DNA from: Oikopleura dioica
Taxonomy: Eukaryota > Animalia > Chordata
DNA length: 64,000 bases
Assembly: GCA_907165135.1 (NCBI GenBank)
Contig: OU015569.1
Coordinates: 1,240,001-1,304,000, forward strand
Reading direction: 5' to 3'
This document shows positions 50,106-62,162 of this stretch, in pieces. Made by a program: the position numbers and the translations under genes. The notes beneath the pieces are model-generated. The model was not told the origin of the DNA. It ran no database searches and worked only from the letters and a program-made list of their open reading frames with translations. Position 1 is the first letter of the stretch. The number at the start of each line of letters is the position of its first letter.

Positions 50106-52992
50106 TCAGTCTCCAGTATAGAGACTTCCCCCTTTGGCCATGGATTTAGCGAAGTCTTTGGATATAACAAGTTTCGGCGTGCCGCTGACAGGATCGACCC
50201 CTTTGTAGACCTGAATCCCTTTGCTGTTTGCGTAAGCGACGATGAACTGGACCGCGCACTTAGTGGTGAAATGATGGGAGAACAGATGATCGAACCAATC
50301 TTTGTCTTTGGCGAAATTATCCACGAAATTTTTGTAGTATTCCTGAAAATGTCCTGATTACGGAATGTAGCGGCGGAATGAACTTACATAGCTGCCACCA
50401 AAGGGAATGTCGCGAGTTGGAGAGTCCTTGTCTTCTTGCACTAACGCTTCGATACACTTTTCTAAATCGAGACCTTTCGGTTTGAGTCTCGTGACTTTGC
50501 TGGCATCATCTTCTTTAGCCTTGACTGGACCATCCTCTTCTTCCTCCTCTTCTTTCTCATCCTTTTCCTCCTTCTGTCGCTTAGCCCAGGCTTCGTTGGT
50601 CTTTTCGATCTTCTCCATGAGTTCTTTCATCATTCGTCGCTCTTTCTTGTTGGCATAATCTCAAATTTGATTCAGTAAAGGACATTTCAACTGCTCACCT
50701 ACTTTTGTATGGCAAATCGTCCTCGTTTTGATGGCAAATTTCATCCTCAAAAGCACCGTATAGACTAAAAACGTTTTTTTTCTTCAGAAATAAACCAAAT
50801 AACTTACGAAACGACATCCGAAGAATGGTTGAATGGGTCCCGGCTATAGAGCTCCATCAAGTTGAATCGTGTCTTGTTCAATTTTGGATAGAACTGAGCA
50901 AGAAATTCCAAAGCCCTTTCTTCGTCCTTCCTGTAGTGTTCCAGCAGTTCCTCGAAAATGCGCAAGACTTGCTCTCCAACGCCTATTGCCTTCTTGTATA
51001 AACCGGGCTTCGCTTTTCTGTAAGCGAGGCAGGCGTCACAGTTCAGGTATATCAGATACTTCTTTAGCTAAATTCTACGTTTCCGCATTGGTATTCAAAA
51101 ACAAAAACTAACCTGCAATTCATCTTCCAAATTTTTGCACACGGCACGCTCTAAGCAGTGAATCGCTTGGGCGAGTAAGTCGCCGGATCGCTCGGCACCA
51201 AAGTAATCGTTTTGATTCCTGCTAGGTTCGATCTTCTCCTCGCCAGTGTTGCTGTTGACGTCGCGGACACCCTCACTCGCTTTTGAGAACTGTTCCTTGG
51301 CTTTTGTCTTGAGTCTCTTGCATGTTGCCATGATGGCTTTGAGTGGGATCTTTGCTCTGTATTTCATCGGCATCCGGATGAAGCGTTCGTGAAGTTCGTA
51401 GGTGATGTAGCACAGTTTGACTTGGAAGACGATCGTTGCGTTGCCGGGAATTCGCGGAAGCATGCCCCACTTTCCATATGCCCACTCAGGTTTGCAAATG
51501 ACGAAGTGCTGCGATCCTGAAGTCATGAGTTCGATCGCCGCTTCTAGGCCAGGAAGAGTTGCGCCACAGCAGATCTCCAGGTGCTCCATCATTCCTTAAT
51601 CAGAGTACAGTCCAGAGACCCTCAAAAAGTATTTCTACCTGTCTCAACATCTCCACGGTCGTAAGTATAATCAATCGGTGGAGCCAAAAGGTCATCGCCA
51701 AGCCACATGGCATAGTGAATACCGACTAGTACAAGAGCTTATGAAGCAATTACATATAAAACTACTTACCAACTGGCAAATAATTGATGTCACCGCCATA
51801 CTCTTTCATCAGCCCCTCAGCACGCTCCTTTTCTTGAGCCAGTGCGTCAGCTAAAAGTAAAGGTAGCAGATGTTGTGCTCAGTTACTAGCATCTCTACTT
51901 ACCAACAGTGATTCCCCGTTGTTGTCGTCTTTGGTAAGGCTCATGTTCATTTACCGGGATTTTCGTTATGCGGACTCCTCCATTAGTATCTAAAGAAGAT
52001 ATAATTGAACAGGGATGAATTTTTCATTTGAAATCATAGAAGAAAACGTATAATTTCATCTTTTTGCTGGTTTTCTCTTTGGTGTAAATTTCAGTCTGTA
52101 ATCACCTGGCACCTCTTCTGTAATATTGTAAAGGTAAGCGAGTCTCTCCTTAGAACAGGGATGGAAATCTGAGCGGCACGGCACGGCACGGCACAGCGGC
52201 ATGGCACGGCACGGCACGTGCCGTACCGTGCCGTGCCGGAGAGTAAAATCTGGTTGCGGCACCGCGGCACAGTAAAATTAACCATTCCTTGATTTGTTAA
52301 TTTAAGGGGCTTGACGGCCCTTCGGGCCGTTTCAGCCCCGTTCCTTGATTTGTTAATTTAAGAGGCTTGACGGCCCTTCGGGCCGTTTCAGCCCCGTTCC
52401 TTGATTTGTTAATTTAAGAAGCTTGACGGCCCTTCGGGCCGTTTCAGCCCCGTTCCTTGATTTGTTAATTTAAGGGGCTTGACGGCCCTTCGGGCCGTTT
52501 CAGCCCCGTTCCTTGATTTATTAATTTAAGGGGCTTGACGGCCCCAACCCCACTCTCATCCATTGTTAGAAAAATTCAAATTATCCAAGATTTTGATTTT
52601 ATTATGGTTTTCATTTTAACTTTTGAAAATTCTATAAGTACACTAGCAGCTTTAATTTTTTTCATTTATATAAATAAGTTATATGATTCGAATTTGTGCC
52701 GTGCCGTGCCGTTGTGCCGCGGCACCCCATTATCGAATTTTGTGCCGTGCCGTGCCGTACCGTGCCGCGGCACGGGTATTTTGGTTGTGCCGTGCCGTGC
52801 CGGTGCCGCTTGAAAATTTTCTCCTATTTCCATCCCTGCCTTAGAATTGGCACCGGGAAAATTTCTAGGGAAGAGCAGTCTGGAAAAACGATCGCTCTTG
52901 GCTGCAGCATGTTGGAAGTTGAGCTCTAATTCCAGCCCGTCCATTTCAGCAGCAAGCTGCGAGTCAACGCCTATTTCGTAGTCGTACAGCAT
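50106..52992 (-). CDS. FKBP6: FKBP6/shutdown-like FKBP-TPR co-chaperone; exon 1 interrupted by a MITE
   Basis: SKERLAYLYNIT (cf. LYERLSQRMLDI), VGIHYAMW, GLEAAIELM..KPEWAYGKWG..IPGNATIVFQVKL, IPLKAIMATC, TPR YLIYLN..GEQVL, NYANKKERRMMKEL. Exon 1 joins exon 2 via a GA-AG intron (inferred). Confidence 0.8.
52156..52838. mobile_element. hAT-type MITE C (683 bp) inside FKBP6-like exon 1
   Basis: 13-bp TIR CAGGGATGGAAAT. 8-bp TSD CCTTAGAA at 52148-52155 and 52839-52846. Subterminal (GGCAC)n on the left and (GTGCC)n on the right. Confidence 0.95.
52285..52544. repeat. 56-bp tandem repeat, about 4.6 copies, inside MITE C
   Basis: Units start at 52285, 52341, 52397, 52453 and 52509. Each full unit contains the hairpin ACGGCCC-TTC-GGGCCGT. 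Confidence 0.97.
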
Positions 52993-54135
52993 GCTCACGA
53001 GAAAATAAGAAAATCCTGCTTCTCTATATCGCAGAAAAACCTATTGTGTCAGAGGTCGCGTTATGGGGGCCAATCGGAAGGAATAGGAATTGACCAGTTA
53101 CGGTGACTCACATTTGCACATAGGATTGTCAGTTCGCGATCAAGGCTGATTTGCCGCGAAAAGGAATCATCCCTTATCGGCACAGCAACGCGCCAATTAG
53201 TTCGATTTTCATCGTTTTTTCACTCTTTGTCGCCATTTTTCAGGAAAAATTGTATGATTGTTTAATAAAATGCTAAAGTTTTTCACTCTCGTTATTTTTC
53301 TCGAGAAAAAAAAACACGAAAAAGAACAAAACAAGGACGAGAATAGCCCATGCGCAGGCCGATGTTTTCGAAAATGAGCGCCCGTCTCTAGAACTTGCGC
53401 TGAGCAGCTCATGTTTTTCACTTTTTCTCATTCACCGCCAAACCAGCTCTGGGGTAATCAGAGTCCGAACGGACTGCTTTTCAGGTAAATCTAGCGTTTT
53501 TGAAGATTTCCAAGTGCTTACAAAATTGTTTTTAGTGCTCTCCAAAGTCCATGGGCTCTCCCTATTGTTTCTGTAAACTGGAAGGCCTTCTTCAAGCCTT
53601 AAGCAATATAATATTGCCAATATTCGGTCAAAAAAAACCGATAAAATCTTTATCATAAGCAAAAATGCTAATGATAGAGTCTATCACCGCAGTTCTTCAC
53701 TGAAAACCAATAAATAAATGCACTATTTCCCTAAATGGGGCGATACGGCAAAAATTATATTTTAAATATCCTGTGTCATTCTTTTGTTCTGAGCGGTTGA
53801 GTGTAGGGATGTCTACTGTTAGAAAGGCTACTGAAGGGTTAGAAAATCTGAAGGGCTGAGAAAATCCCGTATTTCTCAAATCGACATATTATGTCCCCTT
53901 ATTAAGGGGTCTTATCAAAATATAATGCCAATACAATCTGCTTATATTTTACATGCATAAACAAAAAAAGAATAATGTAAAGTTAGATCAAAGTTGATCT
54001 TTATTGGAACTTTTTGAACAGCAAAAATAAGTCGGTAATAGGGTAAGTTGGTAAAAAAAAGGTCAGAAGGGCAGATAAAATAGGGAGGGGGAGGGAAAAA
54101 ACGAGTTTGAGTCTGAAGAGGGGAGAAATTGTTAT

Positions 54136-57100
54136 TTACAGTCGACAGAAGTAGATGGGGGCGTTGGGCATTTCCTGCTCCTTCATGTCGATGAGGCCTT
54201 CAGCCCCGAGTGCCATGAGGGCGGAGAACGCTTTCGCCGCCTGCGTTCTTTTCATTCCGCGGCAGAAATCGTTGAAGTTTGCGTAAACGCCGACTTCAGG
54301 GAGCCAGTTGAGCAACTAAGCAACGAGTTAGGAATTGAGAACATGAACAAAGAATAAAGTACTTACGGCTTCTTTGAAATCTTGTTGGCTGCCTTGCGAA
54401 GAAGAGCGAGGCTGCGGGTTGAACTCAGGAACTTGCATCTGCGGAGGCTGAACCTGAGGGACTTCAACCTGGGGGACCTCAACTTGTGGCGGTTGAGGAG
54501 CGGGGAGTTGAACTGACGGAATGCTGGTAAATGGCGTACTCGCCATTTTTGGACCAGAGACATCGTTCGGGAGGGAGATGTCATTTCCACTCGTGGGCCT
54601 GTTCACGAACGTGTTGCTCTTGCTAGAGGAGCTCGCCGTGCTTCGGTTTTCAGCCGTCACATTTCGCCGTCCTAAGAAGATATTTTTTCCGACAATGATG
54701 GTTTTCAATTACCTTCTCCCGTGCTTCGGTTTTCCATGCTACTTGAGATGCTTCGAGCGTCGTTCGTAGCGTTTTGGTTTCCTAGAAAAGATTCGTCATT
54801 TTCTTCAACAAGACGATGCTTTCATTACCTCTTGCACGTCGTCCTGCAGTCTTGGCATCACGGCGGAACGCCTCGCAGACCTCTTCGTGCAGTTTGTCCG
54901 CAGTGCAGGGGTTCAAGAAGATCTCCCTTCGGTTGTCGTTCAAAGCCTTCAGAACTCCTCTGTCTTTGGAGCCGACCTTGAGCTCGATTGTGCCAAAGAA
55001 CTCAAAAGGGTCGTTGATGAGTTCGCTGACATCGCCGAAACCGAGCGCTTCGTAGCCTTCTTTGCTCGGATCTCTGAGCGAGATCACCTCGTCGATAATC
55101 AAGGCCCTCTTCTTCTTTCCGCGCTTTTCCTAGAGTTTAATAACCACTTGGTCTGATATGATTTCTAAGTACTTACGTTGGTCACAGTTTCATTGTTGTT
55201 TTCATCGTCGGGCGAAGGAGTTTCCGAAGCAGTGGCAATGTTCTCCTGTGGAAGAGAAAGTGAAATCGCCGGTTCGGTGGCACTCTCGTTGATTGCAGTC
55301 GTCTCTGGTCCATGTCCGGCGATTGCGCTCAAATCGAACGGGTTCTTCTCTTCTGGTGCAGGCGGTTCCTGCTGGGGAGCGTCATTTGGAGGCTGGACCG
55401 CGGTGTATTCGAACTCTGGTCCAGGTGCTGGAATGGACGGTCCAGAAGATGGCTGCTCGGAGTCTGCGCGCTGGGGCTGAGACTGGGTCGAGGATGGAAA
55501 GTTACTGTTGAGTTCCTCGTCAGTGACACCCACAATATTTTCCCCGAAGAGCGCCACCATCTCGTCGTGATCGTATGGCAGTTCAACTGGTGCATCATCG
55601 TCCAGATTCAAGAATTCGGATTCGTCGCGCATCGTAATCTGCTCCCATCGCGCTCTGAAAATGCAAATTAGGACGAGAAAAAACATGAGTTCGAACCTGT
55701 TTCGATCTTCATCGGGAAACTCAATTTCACCCATATCTTCATCGTTGATGTCGTTGATTGAGAAGTCGAAAAGAGTCTTGTCGGCTTTCTTGGTCTTGGG
55801 GACCGGCTTCTCCCATTTATGGGTGTTGCTCAGGGGTCTGGATTTTGGCCAAAAATGAAAAGCGAAAGCGAAGCGAAAGCGAAAATTTTTCAAAAATTTA
55901 AAGCGAAAGCGAAGCGAATCAAATTATCGAAAGCGAAAGCGAAGCGAAGCGAAAAATTTTTCTAAAAAGCGAAAAAAGCGAAAATTTTCCGATAATATTT
56001 GACCTTCGAAAAAGTGTCCATTTTAGGTTCGCTTTCAATTTTATTTCTTTTCGGGCATTCGGACTCCCTCTCCGGAAAGAGCGAAATCGTGGATTTTCTG
56101 ATCTAACTCAGCTGAAGAGGATGTGTGGCTCGAGTGATCTCCATTTGCCCAAATGCCGTTTCCCCAAATCACCGTTTATCCAACTTGGGGGAACCTAAAT
56201 CTTGGGCAAACGGCAATGTGAATAAATGCCGATACAATGCCGATCCCGGGTTATTGGACGTTCATCCCGAGACTGACGGTATGAGAGGCCAGAAATGACG
56301 TCTGAAAAGCCAGGATCGAAGTTGTTGAGTCCGGGATTGATCTTGGTGAAGCCGGGATTGACTGTGGAGTAACCAATAAGTTATTGGCAATAGTTAAAGT
56401 TATATGAATCATATTATATGATCAATCAATTTAAAAAAATTCACGTCGCCGTTTGCCAATGTCGCCGTTTCCCCAAGTTCGGCAATCGGATATCTCTGGC
56501 GACTTGGGAAAAGTTATCCCGGAAAACGGTGACCACTCATCAGCTCAGCGTAGCTCACAATATATTATTGTCAATATTGGCTACTTTGAAAACATTCAAA
56601 TGATCTCAGCAAAACTCTGAATAGTGCAAATTAAGTTCAATAAGCAAAATTCTCAGTTATGCTTTCGCTAAAGCAGATGAAAATAACAAAATATTCAATT
56701 CTTAGAACGATTTCTTAAGAGCGAAATTTTGCGAAAATATTTGGTAAAAAGCGAAAGCGAAGCGAAGCGAATTGAAATTACAAAAAGCGAAAGCGAAGCG
56801 AAGCGACTTCGCTTCGCTCTGCTTCGCTTCGCTCATGAGCGAATTCGCAAAGCGAATCCAGACCCCTGTGTTGCTAATACTAGCGAGAAAAGCAGCGCAG
56901 TCCTTTTCGAGATAGGCAGCCTAAATTGACTATCAGAGAAGTCCCAGAAAATGTAAAATATTACCTTTTTGTTGAGGACTTGGGAGAGTCCCTTGAGCAG
57001 TGTTCCGCTCTGCCGGATGCTACTGGTGGTTGAGTTGGCTCTCATTTCTTCGACGACTTCGTCGATTGAGACTTAATAATATTTCCACAGCTCGAAGAGG

Positions 57101-57233
57101 CAAAAACATTACCTTTTTCAAGTCTTGCTCGTGTTGCTTTTTTGGAGAAGTTAGCTCCGTCGTGGGTTCCAGCGAAGATGATGAAGGCGAGATCGCCTTT
57201 CTTCAAGTTAGTGTAGACGTCGAAGAGGTACAT
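54136..57233 (-). CDS. Rad21/Rec8-family cohesin kleisin, divergent; one exon interrupted by a MITE
   Basis: N-terminal KKGDLAFIIFAGTH..IRQSGTLLKGLSQVLNKK|AAYLEKDC (cf. [26 protein letters not shown]). C-terminal winged helix RTQAAKAFSALMAL..IDMKEQEMPNAPI. A possible extra 5' exon starts at 57365. Confidence 0.85.
55831..56868. mobile_element. hAT-type MITE D (1038 bp) inside a kleisin exon
   Basis: 14-bp TIR CAGGGGTCTGGATT. Target duplication TGTTGCT (7 bp, or 8 bp GTGTTGCT if one G was lost). Subterminal (AAGCG)n repeats. Confidence 0.93.
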
Positions 57234-57950
57234 CTCAAAAATCAGGGAGAATTAATAGTCTCTGAGTCGCTTTTTGCTGCTCTTGAAAGTGAGCAGCGGC
57301 GACGATGCACGCCGGTTTTATACCCCCCTCGGCTCGAAACAGTTTCTGGAAAGTTTCTTCCATGCTCATTTCGAAACTTTCAAAAAAGGAGAAGCGAAAC
57401 TCAAATCTCGAAAGTCTCTCTCCGCTTAGGAGAGTGAATCTCTAGATTTCTCTCGTTGAACATTTAGCCAAATTTTCTCAATTACGAATTGTAAAGTTTT
57501 TCTAAAATTCGATCAGCCTGCTGTTTTAAAACATTTTTTGACGTTTAGTATAATATAATTATTAGATTGTGTTTCTCATCATTAATCTAAATAAAAAAGC
57601 TCTTTTCGATTTGGAAGCTCATGTAAATTACATTTTGTTCTCTCGGAGTGCCGCTGATGATCGACAGCTTCCTAGAGAACGTCGTACTTAAAAGAAAGAT
57701 GCAAAAATCGAAGTCAAATATCCATTTTATCGGCGTATAATTTGATTTTTCATCCCGGTTGTCGGAAGCTACCTGGTGGTGTGGGTCTGGACACTTTTTC
57801 ATTGCAAAGACTCTTCCTTGATTTCAACATGATTTTCTACCTAAGAAGAATAAATCTAACAATTTCAACAAATAGATTTTGATTTGATTCTTTCATTCAA
57901 CAATCGAAAAAAACACGAAACGATCAAGGGAAAAAGGTAGTGCATGAAAT

Positions 57951-58403
57951 TTACTTCTTCTGTCGCTTGAAGGGATTGGTAAGTCGGAACTTCGCCTTTT
58001 CTTCGAGAGATTCTTCCCAGGCGACAATGTCGTAGTCGTCCAAACAGTCGAGTTCCTTGGCGGATCGAATTCGAGAAGAGACTTTCGTGTTCAGGGACGA
58101 GCTGTTTGGAGGTACCATGATTTCGTTGATCTGTGTCTTGGAGAGCTTGTTGCGCATCGATTCTCTCAGCTTCTTGATCCGGAGCTTCTTGTAGATCTTC
58201 TTCTTGAGCCCCTTTGCAGACGATCGCAGAACACTCTTCGATGACGTTGTTGATTTCTGCGAAAGCGAGAGGATGGACCAGTCGGAGCCGTTTTCGGAAA
58301 AGGCGGTGAAGGAGAATCGTTTTTCGTTTTCGATCTCGGAGATGATGCTTTCGTTGAAGTGGAGTGGGTAGGCATAGACGGATGGAGTAGAAGTTCGTTT
58401 CAT
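57951..58403 (-). CDS. Hypothetical intronless basic protein (150 aa)
   Basis: Uninterrupted ATG-to-stop ORF with gene-like codon use. No recognisable domain. Confidence 0.5.
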   Translation of the reverse strand: MKRTSTPSVYAYPLHFNESIISEIENEKRFSFTAFSENGSDWSILSLSQKSTTSSKSVLRSSAKGLKKKIYKKLRIKKLRESMRNKLSKTQINEIMVPPNSSSLNTKVSSRIRSAKELDCLDDYDIVAWEESLEEKAKFRLTNPFKRQKK

Positions 58404-59047
58404 TGTTGCTTTTTTCTTTTTTGAGTTTTAGTAGTGAATTGAGGAGTAAATGTATATTTTGATGGATGACTGGATCCGGCTTGCGGTTAAATATTCAACA
58501 CGCTCCTTGGCGACATCGGATTGTTACGCAGAAGATTGATGACTTGGTTGAGATCGGACGTATGCCGATTTCACGATGAAGAAGCAGACGCTAGACAGCT
58601 GCTTCCGAAAAGAGGAGCGCGGCGACTTCCTGATATCTACACCAGCCGCTTGTCAGATCTTCTTGCAATTGAGACTTAGCTGCAGATGCTTTCGAATTGC
58701 TTCGCAGAACAAACGAAAAACATACAAACTATGTTTTGAAAATGTTATTTTGGATGCAATTCCAAAGCAATAAAACGAAAAGAAAGCTTGAAGCAGAAAA
58801 TCAGATTCATATGAGAAGTCAGCAATTGCATTTGCAAATCAGATTCTAGTCGATTAAGAGTTTTTGGCATAACTGTTTCTGGAAGGTTCAATAGTGCCGC
58901 TTTAACAGAAAAATATGTTACACTGAATATGTCTCATGTAATTATGCTAATTTCAAAGCGCGTGGTGAACTCCTTATTCAACAACTGGTAATCTAAGCCC
59001 TATAAAACGAGTCTACTTTGGAATAGCAGGACATCTAAGAATCACAA

Positions 59048-59230
59048 ATGAATTTTTTCTTCATTCTCTTGCTCATTTCTTTTGCTCTGGCGGATTTGAT
59101 AGGTTACAACCGACTGGGAAACTCAGTCTTCAAGCACAGACGGTCGCGAATAACAGGCGTTTCTGAAGGAGAATGGGAAAGACGACTTCTTCAGCAATTG
59201 CTCATGCAACGATTCAAGAACTATTCTTGA
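59048..59230 (+). CDS. Small secreted peptide precursor candidate (60 aa)
   Basis: Hydrophobic signal MNFFFILLLISFALA, two RR dibasic sites, AATAAA about 60 nt after the stop. Confidence 0.55.
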   Translation: MNFFFILLLISFALADLIGYNRLGNSVFKHRRSRITGVSEGEWERRLLQQLLMQRFKNYS

Positions 59231-60189
59231 AAGCTGCCTCAATTTAGTATTGCCTCTCTTTGACTGATCCTCATAGAATGCCCCGTGTAGTTAATAAATT
59301 GCCGATTTTGAAACGTACAGTCTGTTTTTATTGAAAGGGTTGTATGCTCTATTTTTCGAATAAGATAATAAACATAGAAAAGAGATATATCCATAGAACA
59401 GAAAGTCAGCCAGAATAGGAGTCTTGTGTGTACTCCGTCAGAAAATCAGCGAGTTCTTCGGCGAGAGAAGCTTTCAGTCCGTGGTTGTCGAAGAGTTTCA
59501 CATTTGCGTTTCGTAGCAGTTTCGGTTTATTCGCGTTTGCTAGGGTTCAATGATGTTTGGCGGAGTTTATGAAATCAACAAGGACTTTTTTTAGAAAAAA
59601 GCTAGCTATTTGTACATTTTTCATCGTAACAAAGAAAAACTGACTGACCTTGTCGAAAGACGCTCTCAATCTCTGGGTTTCCCATAAACAGTCGTCTCTG
59701 AAAACCGCTTCCTTGTGCGATGGTTAATGAGCAAACAAGGAGAATCTGAGTCCACATCATTTTTTCTCGAAAAAATATTTCGGTTTTGGTATTTTGTGTT
59801 TTCGATTTTTGACGTGTTGGAATGAGAATCTTGCCGTTGACGAGCTCTTAAATACCTTACAAACCGGATAAAGCTTATTTGCACATGCATTAATACTAGA
59901 TAATGGGTACGTGTACTCTAAGGACGGGTAAACCCTTAAGAGTACTCGACGTGCGCTGCGATAGAGATCAGACCGGTCCTATTTCTATTAGAATCTATAG
60001 ACAGGATGTAAGCGACGAACACGTTTATCCGTCAGCTTTTCTATTTTCATGTTTGATTGCTGTTTTATTAAAATCGTAAACTTTTTCATTCCCGTGAACT
60101 GAATGCAGAAGGCAACTCATCTGCAAATATTTGATTTTGACGGTTTCAAACTGCATCTCGAATCTGTTTTTATCTCGAAATTGAATAAA

Positions 60190-62091
60190 ATGACGACTTT
60201 TGCTGGAGAGTACCGTCTCTCCAGAAAACTACGAGACAACAGTAAAAATGTCGAGAAAATGCTTTGGGTTGTCCATAAGCCGAGTGGTAATTTTATTCAT
60301 AATGATCGGAAATAACCTTTCTCGAGATCGAAATAAGCAGTTTGTACTAAAGAGCTCTGTTAATCAACAAACCTCGAAGGAAGAATATGAAATAATGAAA
60401 AAATTGGACCATAAAAATATTGTGAAGGTATTTGATGAAGTATTCTTTGACTTCAACGGATGCAAATATTCCGGAATTGTGATGGAATATTTGCTCAAAG
60501 GAGACCTTGAATCATTTTTGGCTGAAGAAAAGGAAAGAAACGCAGACTATTGGGATGAAACTGATGCTCTTCGATTGATAACACAACTTATTTCTGGACT
60601 TAGTTACTTACATCAACATCAAATTATCCACCGGGATCTCAAGCCCTCTAATATTTTTCTTTGTGACAATAATCGTCTCGCCATCGGAGATTTTGGAATT
60701 TCAGGAAATGGAAGGATAATTAGAAATATTGCCAAAATGTAATTCATCCACTAAAGACTCTTTGGAGACAACAAGGATGACTCGTATTATTGGAACTGAT
60801 CATTATTTGCCTCCAGAAGCATTGGAAGATTTTGAAACAGAACAATTGACTTTTGCTCGGGATGTCTGGGCATGTGGAATTGTAATATTCATGATATCGT
60901 ACTTTACACATCCATTCGTCGAAAATAATAGAATGCGGACTCTAATGAATATTTGCGAAGGTGCCGTATCTTTTTTTATTATTCCTAACAATAAGTTAAT
61001 TATAAGTAAAAATCCTTCCTCATCCGCGATCGTTTTCTAAATGTGACGCTCTTATTAAACTTTGTCTTCAAAAAGAGGTTGAGAAGAGAGTTGGAAACGC
61101 CTGCATTCTAGCGAAAAATCAAAATATTGAGAGCCTTATTTACCAATACGACTTTGGCATTCCTCCATCTGAATTTTCTTTCTCCGAAGGCCTTACGTCT
61201 ATTGTTCAAAGTGTGAACTCCAAACTTATAGAGGATCTTAAGGACCTCCAGATGTCTTCAAATGACGCTATTAAAAATAAGGATCAGTTTATCCTAAAAT
61301 TGGAAGCGGAGAAAGAACAACTGAAGAAGAAGTTATCTGAGGAAGAAATCAAGAATAAGACTATTACCAAGAATTTAAATGTCAAAACACAGGCACTTTC
61401 TAATTCTAAAAGAGCGAATCAAGAAAAAACCAAAGCTCTGAAAGCATCAAAATCTGAAATCGCTGAATTGAATTCTCAAATTGACGATCTGAAAAATGCT
61501 AGTATATTTACTGTAGCTGGCCAGCGAAAAGGACTTGGTAATAATTATATTATTAGTCATTTTAATATTATGATAGGTTTTTATTTTGGTGACGATGGCG
61601 AAAGTATTCGTAGTCCAATAAACTTGAACGCGGCATATCACGCTACCTTTGTCATTGATGCTCTTGAAACTGGTCTCCGAAAAATTAATCTAAAAGTATA
61701 ACTATACATCGAACTCTTTAGTTATATTCATTTTAGTTTTATTACGAGTTTTCCGTAAACTTTACATATAAAAATTGGACAATTAGAAGTCCAGCATTCG
61801 AAAAAATTGGAGATAAGCACGATTTCTCCCGCCCATGGAAACTTGCTATTTCAAATCCAGGTTTTATCTTACATGTTATAACTTGGAATTTTTTAAAATA
61901 ACATAGGAAGAAAAATTAAATATCGGGCGACAGCTGAAAACATAAGGATAAAAACTGGAAAAGCAATTACAAAAGTCGAGAACATTGAAAGTGGAACCAT
62001 AAAAAATATACATGGAGAAGAAGAAGTTGTTGAAGCTCCTATTGCGAGTATCGTTGGTTTTATGAGGTGGAATATAGAGTTTCTCGAATAA
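60190..62091 (+). CDS. Divergent Ser/Thr protein kinase (NEK-like features) with a coiled coil; 3' end uncertain
   Basis: FVLK, EYEIMKKLDHKNIV, IVMEY, IIHRDLKPSNIFL, IGDFG, GTDHYLPPE, DVWACG. Followed by a Lys/Glu-rich coiled coil. Confidence 0.85.
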
Positions 62092-62162
62092 ATACAAAAT
62101 ATCTTTGATTCTCCTGATTATTGATGAGTTTATTATACAATGAAGAGTGTTGAGAATTTAGC

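Noticed and set aside
52285-52544. CRISPR-like array
   Set aside because: The units are contiguous with no unique spacers, the context is eukaryotic, and there are no cas genes.
52056-52998. Standalone ORFs 52056-52262 and 52666-52998 (and the N-terminus of 55165-55893)
   Set aside because: They are read-throughs between MITE sequence and interrupted exons of FKBP6 or the kleisin.
53432-53662. 76-aa ORF between the kleisin and FKBP6
   Set aside because: No supporting motif or splice signals.
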